From positions 1,112 through 65,111 of the forward strand of contig CAYNYF010000010.1 in assembly GCA_964401385.1 (NCBI GenBank): 64,000 bases of DNA, read 5' to 3'. Made by a program: the position numbers and the translations under genes. Positions 45,439 through 54,999 of this stretch are shown here, piece by piece (the first letter of the stretch is position 1; the number at the start of each line of letters is the position of its first letter). The notes under the pieces are model-generated. The model saw only the letters and a list, made by a program, of their open reading frames with translations. It did no database searches and was not told where the DNA came from. This DNA is from an uncultured Planctomycetaceae bacterium. GTDB taxonomy: Bacteria > Planctomycetota > Phycisphaerae > SM23-33.

Positions 45439-46776
45439 ATGCGGACGCACGTCATCCTGCTGACGCTCGCGGCGGCATTCCTGGCGGCCTGCACCGGTCG
45501 GGCCGCGCCGGCAAAGGAAGCCCCAAGACAGCCCGAGCTGTCCAAGGCCGAGAAGCTCTTTCAGGACGGCCGAGACGCCCTGCTGTCCGGCGATTACGCC
45601 AAGGCCGCCAACCTGCTGGAGAAGGCCGTCGCCGCCGACAAGACCAAGACCGCGTATCGGCTCTACCTGGCCAGGGCCTACCGCTACGCCGACAAGGGCA
45701 ACCTGGCGGAAAAACAGTTACAGGAGATCGTCAAGGCCTCCCCCGACCACGTCGAGGCCGGACAACTGCTGGCGGAAATCTACGCCGAGCGGAAAAGCTG
45801 GAAGAACGTCGCCGCCGTGCTGGAGCCGCTGCTCAAATACCGCCACGACTACACGACCTACCACCTGCTGGCGGAGGCCACCTACCACCTCGACGACCAC
45901 GGCAAGGCGCGAAAGTATTTCGAGGAGGCCGTCAAGCTCAATCCCAGCAGCGCCGCCGACCATTACCAGCTCGGCAATATCTACCTGGCGGGCAGTTTCT
46001 ACGCCCTCGCGGCCGAGGCGTACCAGAAGGCGCTGTCGCTGGGCCTGGACAGCCCGGTGCTGCGGTACAAGCTGGGCTCGGCCTATTTCAACCTGCGGAA
46101 CTATTTCGGCCGGATTTCGGTCGTCACCGTCAAGGCCGGCAAGGCCGGGACGATCGACGGCGGCTGGTACCTGATCGAGCAGGTGCCGGGGAAGAAGGAC
46201 ACCTTCCGGGCCGCCCCGGCCAGCTCGGCCATCTATCAGGTCGCCAAGGCGATGGCCGACGGCATCGAAGACCGCCCGGAGATTCACTTTCTCAAGGCCA
46301 ACATTTACCTCAACGCCCGCCGTTATCAGCAGGCGTACGAGATGTTCGAGAAGATACAGAAGGACATCGCCGAGGAGGACAAGGCGCTGTTTTACTACTA
46401 CTTCGCGAAGTCGGCCTTCGGCGTGGGCAAGTACGATGAGTACCTCAAGCTGCTGGGCGAGGCGATCAAGCTGAACAAGGAGGCGTACGAGTCCACGCTG
46501 GTGGAGGCGTATCTGAAGGTGGCCGAGCAGTACAACCAAGCCGGCCGGCTCGACAAGTACATCGAGTACCTCAAGCTGGCCGTGGCCGCCAGCCCGCAGA
46601 ACGCCACGTTGCACCTGAAGCTCGGCAACGCCTACGAAGAGGCCCGCAAGTACGACCTGGCGGTGGTGCAGTGGCGGATGGTGCTGGACCTGGAGCCCGA
46701 CCATCCGCAGCGGATGAAGCTGCTGAACCTCATCGGCAAATACCGCCAGGCTCCCAAGCCGGCAAAGACAGGATAG
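45439..46776 (+). CDS. TPR-repeat lipoprotein
   Basis: AAGGAGA RBS. VILLTLAAAFLAACTG is a signal peptide plus lipobox. Canonical TPR units (YAKAANLLEKAVAADK, ADHYQLGNIYLAGSFYALAAEAYQKALSL, ATLHLKLGNAYEEARKYDLAVVQWRMVLDLEPDHP). Confidence 0.8.
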   Translation: MRTHVILLTLAAAFLAACTGRAAPAKEAPRQPELSKAEKLFQDGRDALLSGDYAKAANLLEKAVAADKTKTAYRLYLARAYRYADKGNLAEKQLQEIVKASPDHVEAGQLLAEIYAERKSWKNVAAVLEPLLKYRHDYTTYHLLAEATYHLDDHGKARKYFEEAVKLNPSSAADHYQLGNIYLAGSFYALAAEAYQKALSLGLDSPVLRYKLGSAYFNLRNYFGRISVVTVKAGKAGTIDGGWYLIEQVPGKKDTFRAAPASSAIYQVAKAMADGIEDRPEIHFLKANIYLNARRYQQAYEMFEKIQKDIAEEDKALFYYYFAKSAFGVGKYDEYLKLLGEAIKLNKEAYESTLVEAYLKVAEQYNQAGRLDKYIEYLKLAVAASPQNATLHLKLGNAYEEARKYDLAVVQWRMVLDLEPDHPQRMKLLNLIGKYRQAPKPAKTG

Positions 46777-46913
46777 CCCCGCCGGCCGCACGGCGACAGA
46801 GATCCGCTTCGCTCATGCCCGGCGGGCTGGAGCGGGCTGAGGGGGACGACGGGCCGACCCCCGGACCGGTTCATGCAGACGGATCGGCCAAGGCAGTCAC
46901 AGCACAAGCCGCT

Positions 46914-48296
46914 TCAGCCGTCCAGGGCACGACCTCGTGACACGTCCAGTTTCTTGTACAGACTGCGATCCGTGCGAATGTTGTGCAGGAAGGATAGATT
47001 GCTCACCATTACCAACAGGGGCTCGCGCCTTCGCCACAAGCTGCTCCATACTCGATGTAAGATGCGCCGCAGGGAGTAGAACCCCTGGTTGCAGGTGTCC
47101 ATCTCCTGGAGGATGCCGGCCCAGGACAGATGCTTGTACCGGGCCACGGGGAAACACAGCGTGAAGTACTTCCAATCCTCCGGGAACGAGTCAGCGGCGA
47201 CGCGGCCCTCCGATTTCATGCTGTGCCACAGGCGCGTTCCGGGCAGCGGCGTCAGAAACAGCGCGTTGAGCAGGTCCAGCCCATAGCGCCTGGCCGTGTC
47301 GGAGATCTGCTTGCCGATGCCGGGTTTATCCGTGTCCAGCCCCATGATGAAGGAGCCGACCACTGAGATGTTGTGGCGATGTATCCGACGAACGGAGGCC
47401 CTGAAATCCCGGCCGTTCAGCATGTTGAATTTCTTGCCGACCTCCGCCAGCCCTTCCTTCGTCGGCGACTCGAAGCCGATGAAGACACCTTTACAGCCTG
47501 CTTTGGCCGCCAGGGCCAGCAGCTCCTCGTCATCGGCCATGTTGATCGTCGCCTGGCAGATCCACTTCTTGTGCAGTCTGGCCCGGATCATGGCCCGAAA
47601 CAAATTCTTGGCCCGGGCGATATGTTTGGGGCTGGTGCCGATGATGTTGTCGTCAACGACCAGGACCAACTTCTCCCGAATCGTCCGCAGTTCGGCCACG
47701 ACCTTCTCAATGGGCCGTCGCCGGTAGCGCTTCCCGTTGAGAACCGACACGCTACAGAAGCTACAGTCGAGCGGGCAGCCGCGGGTGGTCTGAATCGAAC
47801 CAAAGGCATAGCCGTTCACCAGGAGGTCGTTCCGAGCTGGCGGAACGTCCTTCATGTCCACATGCTCGCCGGCATACGCCGGCTGCAAGACGCCTTGCTG
47901 GACGTCTTGGAGGACTTGCGCCCAGACACTCTCGGCCTCTCCGGTTACCACCGAGTCCACGCGTTCCATCGCCTCTTGGCGGCAGGTGGTCGCATGGACG
48001 CCTCCCATGACAACGGGGACGCCCCGGTTGCGGAACTCGCTCGCCACCTCGTACGCTCGGTTCGCCTGGGAGGTGAACGCCGTGATGCCCACCAGGTCCG
48101 GCCGGGGCAGGGCCTCGTAGTCCGGCGCGCTGACGTTCTCGTCGAGGATCGTGATTTCCCACTCTGGCGGGGTCAGGCCGGCCAGGACCAGTAGGCCCAG
48201 TGGCTTCCAGACACGGTACCTGCGCCAGCGGCTCTTCTTGGCGAGGCTTACCAGCGGATTGCGCGGATTTATCAGATATAGGCGGAGATTTACCAT
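46914..48296 (-). CDS. B12-binding-domain radical SAM protein
   Basis: 460 aa. N-terminal Rossmann-like B12-binding region (DLVGITAFTSQANRAYEVASEFRNRGVPVVMGGVHAT), then TTRGCPLDCSFCSV (CxxxCxxC). Confidence 0.85.
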   Translation of the reverse strand: MVNLRLYLINPRNPLVSLAKKSRWRRYRVWKPLGLLVLAGLTPPEWEITILDENVSAPDYEALPRPDLVGITAFTSQANRAYEVASEFRNRGVPVVMGGVHATTCRQEAMERVDSVVTGEAESVWAQVLQDVQQGVLQPAYAGEHVDMKDVPPARNDLLVNGYAFGSIQTTRGCPLDCSFCSVSVLNGKRYRRRPIEKVVAELRTIREKLVLVVDDNIIGTSPKHIARAKNLFRAMIRARLHKKWICQATINMADDEELLALAAKAGCKGVFIGFESPTKEGLAEVGKKFNMLNGRDFRASVRRIHRHNISVVGSFIMGLDTDKPGIGKQISDTARRYGLDLLNALFLTPLPGTRLWHSMKSEGRVAADSFPEDWKYFTLCFPVARYKHLSWAGILQEMDTCNQGFYSLRRILHRVWSSLWRRREPLLVMVSNLSFLHNIRTDRSLYKKLDVSRGRALDG

Positions 48297-48449
48297 GTGA
48301 TCCTGGACCTACGACCACCCTATGCCCTTGGGCATCATTATCGCTCTGCTGAACGGGTTCGCAAGCGCGGAAGGGGAACCGTGCAGAAGCGGCCTGCGCA
48401 CAAACGCGGATCGTCACACCTGGCAAGAGACGCCCGAGCCAGTCAACAC

Positions 48450-48522
<73 letters not shown>

Positions 48523-48974
48523 CAAGGACAAAGCAGTATAGTTGCCGCGAGCTTTCAGTCAAGGCCTAGTTGCCACGCGTGCGTGGCTCGGGTTGGGCGG
48601 CAGGGATGAAAAGCCCGAGCTCCTGCGACGGCGAGGAACGTTAGATTTCCATGGCGGAAGTCACGCGGATCGGTCATAGGGCGTAAGCGAAGTGTCGCGA
48701 GAATCCTGGCACGAATATCGCAGGCGTATGCTGGCCCAGACCAGCCGTTTCATCGAATGGGGTCTGCGGCATCCCGAACTGGTCGTCTGGATTCCGGCAA
48801 AGCTCGCGGACAGGGGAGGCTTCCCGCGGCGGGTCGCCGATTGGTTTTGGGGTGCTGCGTTGTCCACCGGCCGTGGGGGGTCGCTGACCCGATGGCGTGA
48901 TCGACTTCTTCGTCGGCCGCGGCTGAGCCTCCGTCGCGACTGAGCCGCTCTCCGGCCGTTCGCGAGAGCCGCGC

Positions 48975-49484
48975 TTACTGCGTCTCGGCCGCCGGGGCCT
49001 TCTTTTCCACCAGCGTCACCAGCTCACGGAAATTCTGTAGCTTCCAACTGTCCAGCACCATGGTCTTTTCTTCCCCGCCGGCGTCGTAGCGCAGGCCCAG
49101 TATGCCCTTGTCTCGGAGCTTGGCGGTGTCCAGCGAGCGCACGGCCGTCCACGGAATCCTCTCCTTGCCGACGTAGCCGATTCCCTCTTCGTCGGCCACG
49201 AGCTTGCGCCGCAGGAACACCACTGCCGACACCACCAGGGCGAGGCCGGCGGGCACGAACAGGAAGGGACCATAGTGATTGAGCAAATACGTCAGGTAGG
49301 CGTTCACATCCGAGCTGCCGCCCTTGGGGTGTGGATACTTCTTCAAGATGTAAGCGTCCACCGAGCAGTAGATGCCGAAGCCCAGCAGGATCGCCGCAAA
49401 GATAAACCTGCGAACCGCCGGATCCTTGGCCGCCCGACATTCCACCCTCGTCGGCGTCTGCTGATTCTGCGCTTGTTCGCTCAT
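48975..49484 (-). CDS. hypothetical two-TM membrane protein with a soluble C-terminal domain
   Basis: ATG is preceded by AAGGAA. TM segments FIFAAILLGFGIYCSV and FLFVPAGLALVVSAVVFL. The C-terminal IGYVGKERIPWTAVRSLD...MVLDSWKLQNF looks like a bacterial PH-like domain (weak). Confidence 0.6.
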   Translation of the reverse strand: MSEQAQNQQTPTRVECRAAKDPAVRRFIFAAILLGFGIYCSVDAYILKKYPHPKGGSSDVNAYLTYLLNHYGPFLFVPAGLALVVSAVVFLRRKLVADEEGIGYVGKERIPWTAVRSLDTAKLRDKGILGLRYDAGGEEKTMVLDSWKLQNFRELVTLVEKKAPAAETQ

Positions 49485-49553
49485 GTTACGTTCCTTCTGA
49501 GAAAGCTGGCGAGAACCCTCTGTTGCTGGGTTGAATTATACCTTCCCGTCCGC

Positions 49554-49800
49554 GCGCGCCAATATGCCCTCTGGCAGCCAACATCGGCCGGAGATCGCCC
49601 AACGCGACAGCAAAAAGTGCGGAGTGTGGGATCGTTCCCGGGGACAGGTCGGGCGGGCGCGTCCGGGGGTCTCCGCGCGGTCGGAAGACGCGTCTCGCGC
49701 TCGAGCGCGGCCCGCGGCGGCTCGCCAAGTTCAGCACTTAAGGCTCTACGACCTCCAGGCCGGCGCCTTCGGCCATCCCCGCCAGGGCGAGCTGGCGCTG
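49554..49800. repeat. dispersed repeat, copy 1 (homolog of the activase 3' end plus its downstream sequence)
   Basis: gcgcgccaatatgccctctggcagccaacatcggccggagatcgcccaacgcgacagcaaaaagtgcgg...gcgtctcgcgctcgagcgcggcccgcggcggctcgccaagttcagcacttaaggctctacgacctccaggccggcgccttcggccat aligns with 53955..54150. Copy 1 carries an extra ~50 bp (about 49623-49672). Confidence 0.85.
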
Positions 49801-49803
49801 GTG
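49738..49803 (-). pseudogene. 3'-terminal remnant of a glycyl-radical-enzyme activase paralog
   Basis: The minus-strand reading ...[21 protein letters not shown] matches the intact activase C-terminus ...[22 protein letters not shown] (54089..). No upstream activase body is present. Confidence 0.5.
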
Positions 49804-49836
49804 CGGCTGTACCAGCCGCAGCAGTTGCTGCTGCAC

Positions 49837-50007
49837 GCCACGTACTTCGGCGATGCCAACCTGGACGGCAAGGTGGATGGTGGCGACTACACCATCTGGG
49901 CCGACAACTACGGCTCGGGCGAGGGCGGCGCGCCAATACCTGAACCCGCGACGCTGGCGCTACTGGCGCTCGGCGGGCTGGTGTTGGTGCGGCGACAGCG
50001 TAAGTGA
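49837..50007 (+). pseudogene. C-terminal fragment of a dockerin-like / PEP-CTERM protein (5' part missing)
   Basis: ATYFGDANLDGKVDGGDYTIWADNYGSGEGGAPIPEPATLALLALGGLVLVRRQRK* parallels the tail of the 52365..53489 protein. The upstream part of track ORF 49531..50007 is antisense to the activase remnant and has no signal peptide. Confidence 0.5.
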
Positions 50008-50036
50008 CCGGCTAGTATACAAGTCAGATGAACTCG

Positions 50037-50068
50037 ACGGGCGACTCCAAGCGGGTCGCCCGTTTTTT
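50037..50068 (+). terminator. rho-independent terminator
   Basis: ACGGGCGAC (50037-45), a 9-nt loop, then GTCGCCCGT (50055-63), running into TTTTTT (50063-68). Perfect 9-bp GC-rich stem, 30 nt after the stop at 50007. Confidence 0.75.
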
Positions 50069-50291
50069 GCGGCCGGCTGTGAGCGGAATGTCAACATGCG
50101 TAATGATTTCAGCCCTCTGCCCGCACATCGCTTGCTTCCCGGAAAGCCGAAGCTGAGAATGCCATCAGACGATCGGCGGGCAACGACCGTCAGATGAATC
50201 GATCACTGAGGCCAGGCGAGGGGCGCGGGCGAAGCCCCGTTCGGGATCGCTGGCCCTGCCATGCGGCTCGCCACGGGCCGTCCGCGCTTGT

Positions 50292-52292
50292 TCATTCAGC
50301 CTTCTCGTTGGCCACCTGAATGATGACTGCCTTGTTGACGACGTTTCCTGCGGCGGTGACCGTGTAGGTCTGGCCCTTCAGGTTCGGCACGATGGTGTAG
50401 CTCCTGCCCTTGCCGTCCTGGAGCCAGATGTGGGTGACCTTGACGCTGCCGGCGGGCAGCGGCGGCTCCGGCCGCAGGTAGTGGGCGTAAACCTTGCAGC
50501 CGTTCAATGACATGTGGACGCTCCTGCGGAGATGCCACTTGATGTAGCACGTGTCCGCCGGTCGCGGCAGCATGACGTCCGCGGTCTTTTCCCTGCGCCA
50601 GTGAGCGCTGGTGCGGAACTTCCCCTTCCAGACCACGCGCCACTTCCAGGACGGATCGTAGTCGGCCCGACAGAGCACACGGGCCCTGTCGCCGGTCGTG
50701 CTGCGCGCCCCGAACATCGAATCCACGGTCAACCAGTGGATCTGCGCTCCCGGGGGGGCATCCACCTTCATGATCGCGTAGCCCTTGACGCTGGGGTAGA
50801 GGTGGTTCGTGAAGTGGGTGTTGTAGTTGAGGTTATTTATCTCGTGGAAGAATCGCTGATAGCCAGGATTGTCGGTCATGTCCGGCCGGACAATGAGGAC
50901 GTTCTCCTTTTCCTTGCAGGTGAACTTGAAGCGGTTGGCCCCCGGCTTGATCGCCGGCAGCGGCACCGGCGAACAGAATAGGTAATTCGTCAGCTTCAGG
51001 TTCTCCAGGAAAGCCTCGGCCGGCTCATCTCCCAGCAGACGCACCTTGATCAGATAGTGGTATCGACCCTCCACCTCGTTCGTCAGGTCAAGTCTAAGGT
51101 GGGTGCTGCCGGTCTGATCGTTGATCCAGACGGTATTCCAGGTAAGCCCGTTGTCGGTGGATATGGCCACGGAGTTGACCGCATCAATGCTCTCGCGGTA
51201 GAAATCGGCCTCGAAGAGCGCCCCGCCGTACGAGTCGCCGCCGACGTCCAGCCTGCCGGGCTTGCCGGCAATCAGATAGGGGCTGATCACGCGGAAGATC
51301 ACGTGGCACTCGCCGAGCCCGGCCGGTCGGACTTTCCCGTCGGCGAGGACGTAATTCGTCCCGTCGTACAGCCCGTCGAGGAAGTTCCTCTCGTGCGCCT
51401 TCCAGTTCGGCTTGTAGACCAATACGCTGTTGGCGTATCGGTTCTTGGGATTGTAGGGGCTGTGCGGCCCCTGGACGACGTGATTGCGTCCGCCGAAGCC
51501 AGGACTGTAGCCGCCCCACGTGCTGAACAGCTCCGGCGGGCAGTACCACCGGCCCAGGTTGCCAAACCAGCGGATGAGCTGTTCTCCCCGCCGCAGATGA
51601 AATTGGATCGTGTGCCCCCAGGAGATCCGCGTGGCGTAAACCTCGGACTGGCTCTGGTAGAAGTGATCGATGCAATACCGCTTCGACTCCCACGGCACGA
51701 ACAGATAGGCGTAGCCGCCCTGATCAAACTGGTAGAAAGGGTCGGAGGGATTGGCCTGATTGAGGATGTACTTGTTGGGATTGGTGCAGATCTGAGAGTA
51801 GCTGAGGATGCTGCTGCCGTCATCACCAAGGCAATACGAGGCGGGATTCTGCTGGGCGTCGAGCAGGTGCCAGGTGTCGCCGAACCTGAGCTCCGAGACC
51901 ATGTGTCCGGGAAGCCCCAGGCTGTGCGATTCGATCCCCGCAACCTCGGCCATCGTGCCCAGGATGTCGATCACCTGGAAGCAGATGACCGTACCGTGGA
52001 CGTTGAAGTTGCGCACCGGGTCCAGGACGATCCCGTTTTCGTTGGTCGCCTCGGGATTCTCCCTGGCCGTGCACCAGTGGTAGTAGGGGCGGCGCGTGAT
52101 GTAGGCCCACAGCGCGACGGCCTTTTCCTTGTCGGTGGTGCAGCCCCGGGTCACCGTAGCCACCAGCGACCGGATGTCGGTGGCGTCCACCTCGTCCGGT
52201 TTGATCAGCTTGAGGTTGCGTGCCCACGAGGGCAACGCCCAACCCCAGATCAGCAGCCCGGCAAGAATCGCTTTCGGCACTCTCGCTGTCAT
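50292..52292 (-). CDS. transglutaminase-core + Asp-box protein, paralog 3 (signal peptide)
   Basis: ATG is preceded by GAGGAG. Signal peptide KAILAGLLIWGWALPSWA followed by RNLKL. HGTVICFQVIDI and LPGHMVSELRFGDTWHLLD. Asp-box STDNGLTW. Collinear with 7872 and 34302. Confidence 0.8.
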   Translation of the reverse strand: MTARVPKAILAGLLIWGWALPSWARNLKLIKPDEVDATDIRSLVATVTRGCTTDKEKAVALWAYITRRPYYHWCTARENPEATNENGIVLDPVRNFNVHGTVICFQVIDILGTMAEVAGIESHSLGLPGHMVSELRFGDTWHLLDAQQNPASYCLGDDGSSILSYSQICTNPNKYILNQANPSDPFYQFDQGGYAYLFVPWESKRYCIDHFYQSQSEVYATRISWGHTIQFHLRRGEQLIRWFGNLGRWYCPPELFSTWGGYSPGFGGRNHVVQGPHSPYNPKNRYANSVLVYKPNWKAHERNFLDGLYDGTNYVLADGKVRPAGLGECHVIFRVISPYLIAGKPGRLDVGGDSYGGALFEADFYRESIDAVNSVAISTDNGLTWNTVWINDQTGSTHLRLDLTNEVEGRYHYLIKVRLLGDEPAEAFLENLKLTNYLFCSPVPLPAIKPGANRFKFTCKEKENVLIVRPDMTDNPGYQRFFHEINNLNYNTHFTNHLYPSVKGYAIMKVDAPPGAQIHWLTVDSMFGARSTTGDRARVLCRADYDPSWKWRVVWKGKFRTSAHWRREKTADVMLPRPADTCYIKWHLRRSVHMSLNGCKVYAHYLRPEPPLPAGSVKVTHIWLQDGKGRSYTIVPNLKGQTYTVTAAGNVVNKAVIIQVANEKAE

Positions 52293-52364
52293 CGCCCGCT
52301 CCTCGATCGCTCTGCAATCTCCTCGTTCCTCAGTCTACGGTCCCTCTCGCCTGCCGCGCGGCCG

Positions 52365-53489
52365 TCAGCGCGCTGTCTTCTTCCTGCTCAGCGCCGCGGC
52401 GACGCCCACCGCCAGCAGCACAACGCCGCCAGGCTCGGGGACGCTGTGGCCCCCGTGGCTTTGGCCATAGTGATCTGCCCAGATGGTGTAATCCGCGCCG
52501 TCCACGCCGTTGTCCTCGTTGAAGTTCGCCACAACCCACCCGCCTTCCGACCAGGGCGGCACGGGACTGTTGCCATAGTTGTCGGCCCAGATCGTGTAGT
52601 CGCCGCCGTCTACGACGCCGTCCGGCTGCGTATCGCCCGGGATCGGCAGGATCCTCACCGCCAGCGTGTAGTCTCCTTCCTGGGCGTGGAAGCCGTCGAA
52701 GGTAGAGTCCGGATAACCCGTCGCCGCCAAATTCAGCGCGCCCCCGACGGGCACCTCGCCGCTGATCATGGATAGCAGCTCGCCCTCGCCGCCGTCGTCG
52801 TCGTAGTCGATCAATGCGCCGCTATCGTCGAACCAGCCCAGCATCGTGTCGAAACCGGCCGAGGTGATCTCCGCCTCGAAGGCCTCCCCGACTGGCAGGC
52901 CGGTGAAGGTCATGAAGTCGATGGGGTCCTCGGCCCCGCCGGGGGTGTTGTCGATGTAGGCGTCGAAGGTCCCATCAGAGGGATACCCGAACAGATTGCG
53001 GGCGTCCACAGCGCCGGCGACCAGCGTGTCGCCCAGGACGGCGCAGTCCACCTGTTGGTGAGAGGAGTTGTACACGCGTACGTGCAGATCGTAGGCGCCC
53101 GCCTGCTCGTGGGGGTCACCGTAGACGTCGTCGTTGCCGTCGAAATCGAAGTCTGCGCAGCCGCTGACCTTCAGGCGAATGCTGCCGTCGGAGTTGACGG
53201 TTATGTCAAACAGGCCGCTGGCCGTGCCGTCGCCGAGGGGGCTGCTGTCGTCGTCCACCTGGATCAGCCCGCCGGCGGCGTAGAAGGCCCCCAGCGTCGT
53301 GTCCGGACCCTCGCCGACGATGCTGGGATACAGCGAGTTGCTGACGGAGGTGATGTCCGGATCCAGGATCGCCCGCGTCTCAAATGTGTCATTCGGCTCA
53401 AAGTCGGCCCGCACGGTGGAAGCTGCCAACATTGCTGCACTGAAGATCGCGATCGTCCTGGCAATCATCATCATGGCTCTGCTCGACAT
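52365..53489 (-). CDS. secreted PEP-CTERM protein with PPC-like and dockerin-like repeats
   Basis: AGGAGG RBS. Signal peptide IARTIAIFSAAMLAASTVRA. DFEPNDTFETRA (pre-peptidase C-terminal-domain-like). Two DG[VA]DG[GA]DYTIWAD[NH]YG repeats. The terminal VPEPGGVVLLAVGVAAALSRKKTAR is a PEP-CTERM sorting signal. Confidence 0.82.
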   Translation of the reverse strand: MSSRAMMMIARTIAIFSAAMLAASTVRADFEPNDTFETRAILDPDITSVSNSLYPSIVGEGPDTTLGAFYAAGGLIQVDDDSSPLGDGTASGLFDITVNSDGSIRLKVSGCADFDFDGNDDVYGDPHEQAGAYDLHVRVYNSSHQQVDCAVLGDTLVAGAVDARNLFGYPSDGTFDAYIDNTPGGAEDPIDFMTFTGLPVGEAFEAEITSAGFDTMLGWFDDSGALIDYDDDGGEGELLSMISGEVPVGGALNLAATGYPDSTFDGFHAQEGDYTLAVRILPIPGDTQPDGVVDGGDYTIWADNYGNSPVPPWSEGGWVVANFNEDNGVDGADYTIWADHYGQSHGGHSVPEPGGVVLLAVGVAAALSRKKTAR

Positions 53490-53954
53490 GATCGTCGTGC
53501 CTCCTGTTCTCGCTCACGGAGCTGCCCGGCCGCGCTGCCGCCGCGCGCATAAAGCCCAGGGCTGTCGGGAACGACACTGCAACTGAGTCGCCGCGGCCGG
53601 AACCGCAACGGCAACCCTAGACTCCCGCACCCCTGGCCTTCCCATCCCGAATGTGGGATACTCCAAAAGAGAATTCTACCACAACTCCTCAAAAAACGCA
53701 ACGCGCTCGAGGTGGCGGGCGTCTCGCCCATGAAGAAGGCAAGGCCGAGGAACAGGCGTCCCTTTGGCGTCAACTGGTTCTGGGGCTATCTCAAGCGCGA
53801 CCTGATACCTAGCTGATCTGGAGAGTCCAGCAGACCAAGAGACCCCCACTCCTGGCAGTGATTCAGATCGGTCTGCGGCACGTGCATCTCATTTGACCCG
53901 ATTCTGACGGGCATTGGTGCGAGAAGCCCCCCCCGGCTGGTCCCCACTGCCCAG

Positions 53955-54150
53955 GCGCGCCAATATGTCGTCTGGCAGCCAACATCGGCGGGAGATCGCC
54001 CAACGCGACAGCAGAAAATGCGGCGCGCGGGACCGTAGATGCGTCTCGCGCTCGAGCGCGGCCCGCGGCGGCTCGCCAGGTTCAGCGCTTAAGGCTCTAC
54101 GACCTCCAGGCCGGCGCCTTCGGCCATTCCTGCCAGCCCGGCGAGCCGCT
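53955..54150. repeat. dispersed repeat, copy 2 (native activase 3' end plus its downstream sequence)
   Basis: See 49554..49800. This copy includes the perfect 12-bp palindrome GCGCTCGAGCGC, also present in copy 1. Confidence 0.85.
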
Positions 54151-54979
54151 CTGCGCTTTGGGGTTCCGCGTGGATCGGGCAGCGCCTTCCCAGCCACTCA
54201 CACTTCGCCGCGGTGGCGGGATTGTAAGGCAGCAGCGCCACGCGCTTCAGATTCACCTGGCGCATGAAGGCGAAGATGCCCCGGAGGTTGCCGGCGGCGT
54301 CGGTGATCCCGGGGATCAGCGGCACGCGGACGACGACCTCGTGTCGGCCGGCCAGACGCCGGGCGTTGTCGAGAATCTGACGGTTGGAGGCGCCGACGTA
54401 GTGCCCGTGGGCGTCCTCGTCGATGAGCTTCAGGTCGTACAGGATGAGGTCGGCCAGGCCGGCGAGCTTCTCCAGCACCGGCCATTCGCAGGCGCCGCAC
54501 GTCTCGATGGCGGTGTGGATGCCCGCGTCCCGGCAGCCGGCGAGGACGGCGGCGGCGAAGCCGGGCTGGGCGGTCACCTCGCCGCCGGTCAGGGTCACCC
54601 CGCCGCCGGAGTGCTGGAAGAACGGGCGCAGGCGGACCGCCTTGGCGACGACCTCGCCGGCCGGCAGATTTTGGCCCTTGATCGACAGCGCCGCACGGGG
54701 GCAGCGATCCACGCATGCCCCGCAGACGCGGCACCGCCGCCGGTCCAGCAGGTGCGCCCCGTCTTCAAAGCTGTGCACGCCGGCCGGGCAGACGGCCGCA
54801 CATGCCCCGCAGCTTACGCATCGCTCGTGCAGGAATATCAGCTCCGGCGCCGGACTCTGGGACTCCGGGCTGTGGCACCACTGACAGCGGAGGGGACAGC
54901 CCTTCAGGTACACCGCCATTCGAATGCCCGGGCCGTCGTGAACCGCGAACGTGTCGATGTCGAAGATGAGCCCCTCCAT
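54089..54979 (-). CDS. glycyl-radical enzyme activating protein (radical SAM, two auxiliary ferredoxin-like clusters)
   Basis: True start is ATG 54979 ([39 protein letters not shown]). [12 protein letters not shown] and [12 protein letters not shown] follow. 296 aa. The start lies 20 bp after the GRE stop. The track ORF extension to 55636 overlaps the GRE out of frame. Confidence 0.9.
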   Translation of the reverse strand: MEGLIFDIDTFAVHDGPGIRMAVYLKGCPLRCQWCHSPESQSPAPELIFLHERCVSCGACAAVCPAGVHSFEDGAHLLDRRRCRVCGACVDRCPRAALSIKGQNLPAGEVVAKAVRLRPFFQHSGGGVTLTGGEVTAQPGFAAAVLAGCRDAGIHTAIETCGACEWPVLEKLAGLADLILYDLKLIDEDAHGHYVGASNRQILDNARRLAGRHEVVVRVPLIPGITDAAGNLRGIFAFMRQVNLKRVALLPYNPATAAKCEWLGRRCPIHAEPQSAERLAGLAGMAEGAGLEVVEP

Positions 54980-54999
54980 GCTGGCCGGTTCCGGGCGGA

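Noticed and set aside
48692-48943. 83-aa GTG-start ORF between tRNA-Lys and the 48975 gene
   Set aside because: It has a non-ATG start without an RBS, is Arg/Trp-rich, has no motif, and lies in a likely promoter or terminator region for flanking minus-strand genes.
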